A DNA stretch of 64,000 nt from Eledone cirrhosa (GCA_964016885.1 OZ024741.1:41292001-41356000); one strand, 5' to 3'; shown: positions 50,101 to 61,519, counted from the stretch's first letter. The notes: generated by a model not told the origin, from the sequence alone. Numbers and translations: made by a program.

Positions 50101-50315
50101 ACCCCAACATAAAACCTGCAGCTCAGTAGTTACAGATGATCTTTTCTTCTTTTTGGGTTATAGCTACTGTCGCTCAGAGAGTGGAATTGGCTCAGTGCAC
50201 AGTCTTTCCTCACTCAAAAAAAAATCTTCACGCACAGGTATTGCACAATGGCATTAATTAACAATTATTAATAATGTTATATCATGCAATGTCCATACTC
50301 AATAACGAGGAGGCA

Positions 50316-50379
<64 letters not shown>

Positions 50380-51815
50380 AGCAGTAACACTTTATAATAT
50401 ATTTATGATTTGTGCCACGACAAAAGCACTCAGATCCCACTGTAAAGTGAAGTGGTTGTTCTGGTGCCACAACAAAAAGTGTCCAGTCAGCACTGTAAAT
50501 TTGATTGGCATTGGGAAGGGCCGTAGAAGCCAAGCCAGAATTAGTTCTGTATGAGCAAGATCTGAATTATCTCTGATCTGAATTATCTCACAATGGGACA
50601 ACTCATCTAACACATGTTAGCATGGAAAAGTGGACATTAAAGGTGATTATGGTAATATATATAGGTGAGAAGTAAATGGACATTCATCAGTTTAAAGAAT
50701 AAAACAAAGTGATCTAATAATGAAATTAATGTCCATCTCTAAATACTTGCATGAGTTAGATAGTTCCTCTCCAACACCATTTATTGAATTCCTCCAGCCT
50801 AGTGAATCTTTATTCAGCAATTCTGGCTGTGCCTTCCTAAGCCTTCCCCTTCCATTTAATCCCTTTATGACTGCATTTGTAATGAAATATACTCTCCTTC
50901 AATTAAGTAATGCAGAATTTTGAAGAATTCACTCAAATGATTATTTCGTTCCTAATATAATATCATGTTGGAAGATATAAATTTATATAGGAATATTTTA
51001 AAATAAGTGGGGTTTTTTTCTCCTCATAAAACCAGGGCTTGTTTTGGCTGGGTTGGTTAATCTTTTTACGCAACTGTCATCATTCATATACATCACATAT
51101 CATTACCAACACAGCCTTCTCTCTTTCACACGATATCTGATACCACTTGCACTGAACTTTTCTCTCAACTTGTCTGTGACATGTTTTTCACACACAGAAC
51201 CATTACATATCCAGTAGAGCAGGCTCACCTCATTTCTTTCTAGTCTTCACATATCCTTATATATATATGTATATATATATATATATAATTATGTATGTAT
51301 ATATACCACACTTCATATTGAACAGACTGTGACATTGCTTTTCTAGTTTTTATTTTTATTTTTATGGTTCCCTTCTTCTCCATTCATTCCTTTATTGAAG
51401 AAAAATGCTAGAGAGCGAAGTGGAAATAATAATGATGATGATAATAATAATAATAATAATGATAATAATAATAATAATGATAAATAAGTATATAAAATAA
51501 AATATCCTGCTCTTGTAGCCAGACAGACTGATGCCAGGAAATTTAACCAAACTAGGAAATAATTTACAGATGACCTGAATGATAGATGTACACCAATCAA
51601 AGATGATCAATTGATATTACACATCAAAAGCTTTGCTTAGAAAATAGACACCACACACACACACTAGTGCTCTCACACTTATACACAATTATATATATAT
51701 ACACACACATATATATATACACACACATATATATATATACATAATTACATATATACATATATATATATATATATGCATAATTACATATATACATATACAT
51801 ATATATATATATATA

Positions 51816-52345
51816 TGGTATGGACATGTGATGCGTATGAAGGATGACAGCTGCATAAAAAGGTGCAGAGCACTAGAAGTTGATGGAAACCGCGGAGTGG
51901 GGAGACCCAAGATGACTTGGGATGAGGTGATAAAAGCCGACCTTACCCAACTACACCTCTCAAAGTCAATGACACACGACCGTGACTTCTGGCGTCACGC
52001 AGTAATACAGGGTACCCGACCTCCCATGGGTACATGCTGAAGCATATAAACAATATGCCCCCCCCCCCCCCACCGCAAGGTGGTCGTGGAGGTGCCACGG
52101 CAAAAAAGCACCCAGCCCACACTGTAAAGTGGACGTGTAGGCGCCACGAAAAAGCACCCAGCACTCACTGTAAATGAGGTTGGTGTTAGGAAGGGCATCC
52201 AGCTGTAGAAATCAAGCCAGATCAGTTCCTGTATGAGCAAGGCATGGTCAGCCGACCAGACACTGCCCACAACAGGACAACCCGTCTAACCCATGCTAGC
52301 GTGGAAGAACGGACGTAAAACGGTGATGATGATGATGATGATGAT
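51816..52345 (+). mobile_element. RTE LINE family B 3' fragment (partner of SINE family 1)
   Basis: WYGHVMRMKDDSCIKRCRALEVDGNRGVGRPKMTWDEVIK...GTC*, 3' UTR and (GAT)n tail; 5' end abuts (TA)n. Confidence 0.9.
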
Positions 52346-53126
52346 GCATAATTATATATATATACACACACACATATATATATATATACATAAATACAAA
52401 AATACAAATATACATATCTATACATACATACATACATACATATACATACACACACATCTATATATATACACACACAAGCTCACACACACATATATATATA
52501 TGTATAAACATGATAAAGTGAGATATCTGAGGTGGTTAATCCTGGATCTATATGGATGTGCTTTAAACAACTACCACATATAAGCCACTTTTATACATAC
52601 ATACATATATATATATAAATAAATACACACACACACACACACACATGTATATGTACATTGATACTTATATACATACATACATCCATACATACCTACATAG
52701 AAAAATACATACCTATATATACACACACAACAGACATATAATACAATACCCAAAAGGGAAGTCGCCAAAATTCAATTCTTTTTTAAAAGTATGAGACATG
52801 TAGCTGGCAATGTTTTTGGCATCAAAGATAAGAGATGAATACAGTTTATTGATTCTATTCTTTATCTCTTTCCGTTCATTCTTTGTCTATCTATTTTATT
52901 TTATTTTCAATCCTTTATGGCTTTGTTTTTTTTATGAATTTAGTTCTTATTTTTGTCTTGTGTAAAGAACAACAAGTTGCCCCCCAAAATGGAATAACCA
53001 CCACAAACTTACTACAGAAACAAGATAACAAAGCAACTCAATCTCCATCACAGCGCTATCTCATAGACAATGTTCCCCCCCACACCACCTCTTAAATAAA
53101 TTTGTTAAAAACACAACCAGCCTTAC

Positions 53127-53229
53127 CAAAAATGGAACAACCATCAAAGACAAATAGAGTGCCAAAAGCACCATCTCATAGACGACACTCCCTCCCTTGA
53201 CGAATTTCCGAATGGAGGGAGGTTGTCTC
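53127..53229 (-). other. Candidate spliced exon of an unidentified host transcript
   Basis: Acceptor TTTTTTCTCTAACAG and donor TTG|GTAAGG; one open frame (RQPPSIRKFVKGGSVVYEMVLLALYLSLMVVPFL). No homology recognised. Confidence 0.3.
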
Positions 53230-53340
53230 CTGTTAGAGAAAAAAGACCAACTATCCTCACGAAAAAAAATAAATCGGTTCTACTACAACTGATACAAACA
53301 CCAAAATTCTTTACCATTGGCACTATTCATAGTAAACCCT

Positions 53341-53399
<59 letters not shown>

Positions 53400-53429
53400 C
53401 ATACATACATACATACATACATACATACA

Positions 53430-54893
53430 TGCTATAAGGGAAAAGGAGATGCCCTAGATAGGAGTAACTATAGAGGCATTAAATTAATCGACCAGGTCAT
53501 GAAGGTCACGGAAAAAGTAATAGCGCAACTAATCAGAGAGAGAATTGATCTAGATGAAATGCAGTTCGGGTTTGTGTCAGGCAAAAGTACCACAGACGCT
53601 CTTTTCATTGTACGACAACTACAGGAGAAGTACCTAGCTAAAAGTAAACCCCTATACTTAGCTTTCGTCGACTTGGAGAAAGCCTTCGACAGAGTCCCCC
53701 GTTCCATTATCTGGTGGTCTCTTAGAAAACTAGGTGTTGACGAATGGCTTGTGAGAGCTATACAAGCCATGTATAAAGAAACAGTCAGTAAGGTTAGAAT
53801 TAACAACGAATATAGTGAAGAGTTTAGCTTAAAAGTTGGTGTCCATCAGGGCTCTGTTCTTAGCCCCCTACTATTTATTATTGCCCTTCAGGCTATAACA
53901 GAGGAGTTCAAGACCGGCTGCCCATGGGAACTCCTATACGCAGATGATCTAACGCTCATAGCTGAATCAATGACCGAACTAGAGAAGAAATTCCAAACAT
54001 GGAAGCACGGCCTAGAATCAAAAGGCCTTAAAATTAACCTGGCTAAGACTAAAGTTCTAGTTTGTAGGAAAGAAAATAAGGCGGCGGTCCCATCTGGGAA
54101 ATGGCCATGCTCAGTGTGTAGGAAAGGCGTAGGTAGAAACTCCATTTTATGTCCCAAATGCAAAGTATGGGTGCATAAAAGATGTAGTGGGATCACAGGT
54201 AAGCTAACTAAGAACATAGATTTTACATGTGGCCGGTGCTCTGGTGCAATAAGTAGCAGCAAGTGCCCACAAAATACTAGCTCCTTCAACTGCGCAGAGG
54301 GTTCTATAGAAATAGTGGACAGCTTCCGTTATCTGGGTGACAAAATCAGCAGTGGGGGAGGGTGCTCTGAAAGTACAGTAGCTAGAGTCAGAACTGGATG
54401 GAAAAAGTTCAGAGAGCTTATACCACTATTAGCCGCTAGAGGGTTCTCCCTAAAAATGAAAGGCAGGTTATACGATGCCTGCATACGAACAGCAATGCTG
54501 CATGGCAGTGAGACCTGGGCATTGTGTGCAGAGGATATACGCAGACTAGAGAGGAACGAAGCTTGCATGCTCCGCTGGATGTGCAATAGTAATATACGCG
54601 AACGGCAAAGCATAAACGAACTAAGGAAAAAATTAGAAATAAGAGGGATCAGATGTTGTTTACTCGAGAGAAGGCTACGTTGGTACGGTCACGTGATGCG
54701 CATGAAAGACGACAGCTGTATAACAAAGTGCAGGGCAATAAAGATAGACGGTAGCCACGGAGTAGGCAGACCCAGAAAAACATGGGACGAGCTGATAAAT
54801 TCCGACCTCACACGCTTACACCTCTCCAAGACAATGTCACTGGACCGAGACCTTTGGCGGTACTCAGTAATAGAGAAGACCCGCCTTACCTAA
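53430..54893 (+). CDS. RTE reverse transcriptase (open, 5'-truncated) with an internal PHD-type finger
   Basis: KGKGDALDRSNYRGIKLI, QFGFVSGKSTTDA, AFVDLEKAFDRVPR, GVHQGSVLSPLLF, LLYADDL, C4HC3 finger, FRYLG, LRWYGHVMR. The ORF-track N-terminus (53223-53429) is flanking and microsatellite sequence. Confidence 0.88.
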   Translation, partial: CYKGKGDALDRSNYRGIKLIDQVMKVTEKVIAQLIRERIDLDEMQFGFVSGKSTTDALFIVRQLQEKYLAKSKPLYLAFVDLEKAFDRVPRSIIWWSLRKLGVDEWLVRAIQAMYKETVSKVRINNEYSEEFSLKVGVHQGSVLSPLLFIIALQAITEEFKTGCPWELLYADDLTLIAESMTELEKKFQTWKHGLESKGLKINLAKTKVLVCRKENKAAVPSGKWPCSVCRKGVGRNSILCPKCKVWVHKRCSGITGKLTKNIDFTCGRCSGAISSSKCPQNTSSFNCAEGSIEIVDSFRYLGDKISSGGGCSESTVARVRTGWKKFRELIPLLAARGFSLKMKGRLYDACIRTAMLHGSETWALCAEDIRRLERNEACMLRWMCNSNIRERQSINELRKKLEIRGIRCCLLERRLRWYGHVMRMKDDSCITKCRAIKIDGSHGVGRPRKTWDELINSDLTRLHLSKTMSLDRDLWRYSVIEKTRLT

Positions 54894-55401
54894 ATACAAA
54901 GTAAAAACCTACTACAGTCAGTAGGCATCTCTATCAAAACACACCCCCGTCCCACCACCTCCACCCCACCCACACCGCCCCTTTCAATGTAAAATTATGT
55001 TGGTCCCACAACATCCAGGCCGAAACAAATGAGATCGTGTAGGTGTCACGACAAAAAACACACAGTCCACGCTGTAAATGTGGCCGTGTAGGCAACACGG
55101 TAAAAACCTCCCAGCCCCACACTGTAAATGTAGTTGGTGTTAGGAAGGGCATCCAGCTGTAGAAAACCCGCCAGACAGTCCACGCTGTAATGTGGCCGTG
55201 TAGGCAACACGGTAAAAACCTCCCAGCCCCACACTGTAAATGTGGTTGGTGTTAGGAAGGGCATCCAACTGTAGAAAACCCGCCAGACAGTCCTATGCGA
55301 GCAAGACAACCACTCTTGCCTCAAGTGGGAAAACCCCCGTCCAAACCCATGCAAGCGTGGAACACGGACGCTAAACCTGATGATGATGATGATGATGATG
55401 A
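53430..55401 (+). mobile_element. RTE-clade LINE family A, 5'-truncated young copy
   Basis: Uninterrupted RT frame to the stop at 54893, 3' UTR with a 113-bp internal duplication, (GAT)n tail at ~55379-55401; 5' end abuts (TA)n(TACA)n. Confidence 0.94.
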
Positions 55402-55432
55402 TACATATATATATACATACATATATATATAC

Positions 55433-55628
55433 ATAACGAAGGAAATGTGGTAAGGAACCAGGTGGACCATAACGCACCAAAGTACTCAATACTTGAGGTA
55501 GTAGAGTGGGTAATAGGAACCAGTAAGACCCCGACAGCTGAGCTCAAGCCGTTTCGACGGCTAATTCTGGACGAGTCCAGAATTAGCCGTCGAAACGGCT
55601 TGAGCTCAGCTGTCGGGGTCTTACTGGT

Positions 55629-55634
<6 letters not shown>
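55433..55634. mobile_element. Fold-back mini-element with a half hammerhead ribozyme, copy 2
   Basis: Homologous to 32687-32882; ~60-bp arms 55513-55572 / 55575-55634; reads GACG-agtccagaattagc-CGTC-GAAACGGCT-tgagctc-AGCTGTC^GGGG; flanked by TA-rich tracts. Confidence 0.77.
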
Positions 55635-55701
<67 letters not shown>

Positions 55702-56265
55702 CATACACATACACACACACTGTGGTATACACCAAAGGGGCACAACTACATAATACTTCACCCACCTCCACTACCACCATCATGTAAACAATAATCATCC
55801 CTCCCCACCACCACCACCACCACCACCACCACTCCCTCCACACAGAAAAATAAGTAAAATTTTATTTGTTAGAATAGTAGGTTTGAATAGCTTTAAGGGG
55901 GGAAGGTTAGAAAAATATTTAAAAGTAAACAGAAAAAATATATTTAAATAAAAAGACAAGTAAATAAATAAATAAAATAAAATAAATAAATAAAATAAAA
56001 TAAAATAAATAAAATAAAATAAATAAATAAAATAAGATATATAAGTAAATAAATAAACCTCCCCTTTAGCTGTCTGCAGACAACATGAAGAATAATAGTT
56101 TAATTTTTTCGTATTAAGGCACAAAATAACAGCAGTTATTGTTGTTGTTGTTGTTGCTATTGTATTACTCGATTTATTATTACTTTTTTTTATTTGTACT
56201 GAATGAAATCCTATGAAAAAAAAAATTGATGTTTATGGGAAAGTTACAGCTAGATAATTATATTT

Positions 56266-56279
56266 GTTGTCATGGTAAC
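56266..56279. promoter_or_regulatory. RFX X-box-like motif GTTGTCATGGTAAC
   Basis: Close match to the RFX X-box palindrome GTTGCCATGGCAAC (2 substitutions) in non-TE sequence; single motif with no functional evidence. Confidence 0.3.
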
Positions 56280-56394
56280 ATAAAAAAAAAGAATAACTAT
56301 ACAAAATAAACAATGATAAGTAATATAAATAATAATGGAGATGATAGCAATATTAATAATAGTTTCCAATTAATACACAAGGCCAGCAATTAGA

Positions 56395-56405
56395 AATTAT
56401 TATTA

Positions 56406-56457
<52 letters not shown>

Positions 56458-56468
56458 TAATAATAATT
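56395..56468. repeat. Perfect palindrome centred on (TA)n
   Basis: AATTATTATTACGA-(TA)n-TCGTAATAATAATT. Confidence 0.88.
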
Positions 56469-56469
56469 A

Positions 56470-56753
56470 TGAAGATCAAAATCCGAAGAGGGCTTGATAA
56501 TGATTATTTCTATACAATAAAAAATATATATAAATGCGCAGAGCAAATATTCATTATTAGTACAGAAGATCCTGTAATAGTGTGAAAGCAGTGATTCTTT
56601 GCTTCAACTTTAATCTGAACTACTACTACTACACATTATATATATATGTATATATATATTTATTAAAATAACAGATTAAAGTTTAAGCAAAAAAATTGCT
56701 GCTTCACCCTTAACAGGATCTTCTGAAACTAAAATTTATCCTTATCGAGCCCT
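56470..56753. mobile_element. Inverted pair of short related elements (same family as 32935-33035)
   Basis: 56563-56617 matches the reverse complement of 56672-56725; GAGGGCTTGATAA (~56488) pairs with TTATCGAGCCCTC (~56741-56753). Confidence 0.65.
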
Positions 56754-57137
56754 CATTTATTATTATTATTATATATATATTTATATAGAGAGAGAGAGAG
56801 GGGGGGGGGGAGAAGTAGCACATATAAAACAGGGAATGAATGAACAAAAACATCTAACTTCCCCTTTAACAATCCTCTCACCAATGTAGTTTCATAAGTA
56901 GTGCTTGTGTTATATAATATTGAGCCCAAGTTCCATGACTGCTGAAAACAAGCTGCCAGAAAAGTGCATATGAGACAACACAACATAGAGAGAGGCATTT
57001 GTGTAATAAATATATTGAACATGTACTGAATGTAGTACTCATATACTTTTATATGGTCAAACAACTTTACAAACAATGATTATTTATTTCAGAGTTTTGC
57101 CAATACTACAGGTTTATCAAAACACACACACACACAC

Positions 57138-57169
<32 letters not shown>

Positions 57170-57180
57170 GAGTGTGTGTG

Positions 57181-57213
<33 letters not shown>

Positions 57214-58175
57214 TTTTAAATATATATGTGTGTGTGTGTATGTGTCTGTGTGTATATATATATATATATATTAAATGGACTCTACTATTGAAAATGACAT
57301 ATGCATGTCTATCTGTTCAATCAATAATACAACTTATTGATTTAATTTCATCACCTGATCTTTCAGTGCCTTTAGTAGAGACTACTCTGTTGCAAGTATT
57401 TGGGTCAGCTCTCCTAGTTTCTGAAGCCCTGAAAGGGGTCTTCAGCACTGACCTTCCCACCCTCACTAAACAGTAAAATAATATTGTTTTCAGTTATCAG
57501 ACTAACACCATGCTGGAGCACTATCTTGAAGGGATTTAGTCAACCACATCAACTCCAGTATCATCACCATCATTCAGTTTTTGCTTATGCAGGACACAAT
57601 TAATCCCCAAGTAGGGGTGGCCCTGCCTGACAATGCTCCTTAACATACTGCTCCATGTGTTTCTGTTCGTCGGTTTCACTTGGGCCTCTACTGCCTCCTG
57701 GATCAACATTCATCACTTTGCTGATCCAGCCCTCACTGCACTCGATGTATATATATATATAGTTCTGTGAACTATATATATATAGTTCACAGAAGGGTAA
57801 CTAGCCAAAACTGCCGAGCTTGCTGTTGATCCTCTACTTTTACTAATATAATCACACTGCATCATTCCATGAATCGAGTACTTTTCTGATTTGTGGTATT
57901 CCTAGTCCCAGTACACAGACTATTTATCCATCTATTTATTTCTCTCTCTCTATATATATATATATCTACACGCACACACACACATGGATCAGGCAATGGG
58001 TTATATCCTAGAGCAAGACATTTTATTTCACGTGTCTCCTTCTGCCTGGATTTGTGACCGACAGATAGTGTTAGCAATTAGAAAGACTAATGGAAACATT
58101 GTTACCTCAGTCAGATTTGATGAGCTCCACCCCACTTGTTAAGCGAATGAGGTGTAGGATCTTGTCCATTGACTG

Positions 58176-58223
<48 letters not shown>

Positions 58224-59771
58224 GGCTGTGGGAGGGTTACTGTTTTAGTTGCTTTTCTCAGATAGTGTTTTATTTAGAAATTATCATGAAAATGTATTTT
58301 TTTATTAGGTTATTTTCTATCCAATTCTTACTAATTCATTTAAAAATGCATTCAATATTATATCAGAAAACTGACAGAAATATGCATAGTTAATTTTCTA
58401 TATGTCCAATTGCTTTTTCTACATGATGATGATGATGATGCTATCCTCATCATCATCATCATCATCATAAACATCACTACCATTATTATTATCATCATCA
58501 CCACCACCACTGCAGTCATCATGTTTCATTGTCATCATCATCATCACTATTGCCATCATCATCATCATCATCAACATTAATCCTCCACAACCAGAACAAC
58601 AGTATCATTATCATTTTTAATTTTATTGTACTAAAATAAATAAATAAATAAATAAAAAAGTACAATCTCATTTAGCATTGTATTCTTTTTTTTAATCTAT
58701 TTTCATTATTTTAATTCTATTCTCTATATTTATTTATTCGTTCTCGCTATTGGTCATTTTTATTTCTTGATATAATCTCTGGAAGCGCCAAATCTTGTTA
58801 AAAATATCTTCTCTGTCTGAGAGAATGATCTACGGCACACTTTTTTTTTTCTTTTTATATCATATTTCCTCTAGCTTGCATTGCAAAACTAATTTGGTTG
58901 AAAGCAAATATTACTAATAATAATACTAATACTAATATTGGTTTCTAATTAAGGCACAAGGCTAGCAATCTCAGGGGTGGGGGTGGAGGCAAAGTGGATT
59001 AAATTGATCACGGTATTTGACTGTTTTTTTAATTTTATTGACCTCCAGAAGGTTGAATGTCAAAGTTGACTGCAACAAAATTTGAACTCAGAACTCAGAA
59101 CATAAAAAGCCAAAACATATGTTGCAAAGCAATTTTGTCCGTTGATGGTGGTGGTGGTGGTGGTGGTGGTGTGGATGATAGTGTTGATAATGATTGTTGT
59201 GGTGATGGTGGGTATGACGATGTTTGTGATGATGATGATGGTCATGAAGTTATATCTATGGTTGTGGTGATGTTGGTGATGAAGTTGTTGATAGCGGTGG
59301 TGATGATGGTGGTGATGATGATGATAGAGATGATGATGATGGTGGTGGTGATAATGGTGATGACAATGATGATTGGTGATATATCAATACCTATTTCATG
59401 ATTTTTATTTTTTTTTATTTTAGAGTTAGTTTTATATTGTATTTTTTTTATAATTACATATATATAATTTACAGTTATGTGTGTATGTGTGTGTGTATCA
59501 CTGGGTAAAAGTAGGTATCACTATGAATTTTTTAAATATTTAAATCTAACTTCTAGTGTACTTTTTCCTGGAGAGCATCCAAAAAGAAACACTTTGATAT
59601 CTCATTTGTGAAATTTGGATGAATAGTTCAATAAATATGACAATTTGAATGGTTAGCGAATTGGTTAAAATCTTGCCTAATTAGGCCTAAATGAATAATT
59701 AGCCATATTTGTGATGTCATATCTTTGAAGCTGAGGTGATAATCATCTTCAAATTACACAAATAATTAATA

Positions 59772-59950
59772 GTTGTTTCTACTTTTGGCACAAGGCCATC
59801 AATTACCCAGTGCATTACTGGTACTTTATTTTATCGACCCCGTAAGGATGAAAGGCAAAGTTAACCTCGGTGGGATTTGAACTCAGACCGCAAAGGGACG
59901 TAACTATGCTGGAAAGCATGGCGTCCGACCCTCTACCGATACTGCCAAGC
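59772..59950 (-). mobile_element. SINE family 2 with a ~17-bp target-site duplication
   Basis: Full head, core and tail on the minus strand; ACACAAATAATTAATAG flanks it at ~59756 and ~59955. Confidence 0.87.
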
Positions 59951-60406
59951 CACCACACAAATAATTAATAGTGCTCATGGGATAGCAGTTGCCTACTTTT
60001 TTTCAGGTTCTTGAAAATGAAACTTTTTTTTTACAATGTTTGAAATATTTACATAAAGCCTACTTTTTTGTGATGCAAGTGTAAGCTTTTCATGTGTTTT
60101 CAGACCTAGCTGAATCCAAAATTACAAACAACTGGGACTTGAGTTTTGGTACATTTGTAGTAGGTATAAAATTAAATAAATTGTGAAATTTTGGGACATG
60201 ATACCATTTCAATAAAATTTTAATGGATAATTAAAAATGGTTTTAAACAATTAAATTAGTATTAAAGGCCATCACAAGCTTTTCATGTATTTTCAAACAT
60301 ATTGTGATCTGTTATGTGTAGGGGTTCAGTTTTGATACACTGGTATAGAGTATAAAACTGAATCCACTCTGTAACTTTGGAGCTTTACATTACATTTAAT
60401 AAATAT

Positions 60407-61501
60407 CCCTGTAGAACAACCGTGGAAGGGGTGACACACAGTTTTTTAATAATTTTCATGTCAAAATATATATTTTTTGTGGACAATTATACATTATTTG
60501 AAAGTTCTGAATGAGAACTTTCTTCTCATGTACTTTTGATCAAAATCTGATATTTACATGTCATGCTAGGTCACAAATTCAATATGGGCATTGCCGAGGC
60601 TTAAAGGTTAACCAAAGTGTTACTAACAGTTTTGTTACAAATTGTAAGTGATAGTTAATAAAATAAAATTTGACCAGTATTTCTCAAAGAAAATCGAAAA
60701 TTCCGACCTTGCTCTCCACATTTTAAAACAGCAAGAGAGTATAAAGAACATTCTCAATATGATGATTCCATGTTAATTTCGAGCTCTAGAAACTTATGTA
60801 GCTTAATTTAGTGAGTTTTTTTTTGTAGAAATATATGTTTACTTAACAATTAATTCATCCATTTCTTAAAATTCTGGCTCAAACTCAATATTTGAAGCCT
60901 TGGATTCTATTCCATTTCAGCTCTTACCACATGGGAATAGATTATTTTGACAAGTAGCATCAATATGGTATTCCCCTTTTTATTGCCTTTGGGCTTTTTT
61001 GCTACCTCATGGCCAGAATCGGCAATATTGAATTTGTGAGAAATTTGTTTTCTTACGGTATAAAAATCTTGAAGAAAATATGTTCTTATCTAAGTGAAAA
61101 TTAATGATAAAATTTTCACTTTTATATTTCATAAGAATTATCTGATCTACCCCCATTGATTTTTATATCAAAATAAAGCCAAAAAAGTCCTCTTTATAAC
61201 TATCATTTTCACCACAAATCAAATTATAGTGCTCCAGTGTATTGAACTAGAACTAGTATAACTGTTCAGTAGTCAAAAACGAAAATGGGTAGAAATACAG
61301 TGATTGAGTGGATCTGGCAAGATATGTAAGTGTTGGGTTTTTATCAAAAGTATATGAGAAAAAATTTCACATCCAGAACTTTCAAACGATATATAATTGT
61401 CCATGGAAAAAAATGTATTTTGACATGAAAATTATCAAGCAAAAAATGGATTTTTGCATGGTCAAACTGTGTTTGTCACTCCTTTTTGGTGCTCTACTGT
61501 G
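60407..61501. mobile_element. Non-autonomous DNA transposon with ~175-200-bp imperfect TIRs (CMC-like termini)
   Basis: 60407-60585 matches the reverse complement of ~61300-61501 (ATAATTTTCATGTCAAAATA, GGACAATTATA, TTTGAAAGTTCTG, TACTTTTGAT). Ends are AT|CCCTGTAG ... CTACTGTG|AT. Confidence 0.72.
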
Positions 61502-61519
61502 ATACCTAATAGAGGAATC

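Noticed and set aside
53223-53429. N-terminal extension of the 556-aa RT ORF as a novel fusion
   Set aside because: It is flanking DNA plus (TA)n/(TACA)n read through from a non-ATG start; LINE homology starts at 53430.
61494-61501. RAG RSS heptamer or ProtoRAG element
   Set aside because: The terminus is CACAGTA rather than CACAGTG, with no clear nonamer, no 5-bp TSD and no RAG-like ORF.
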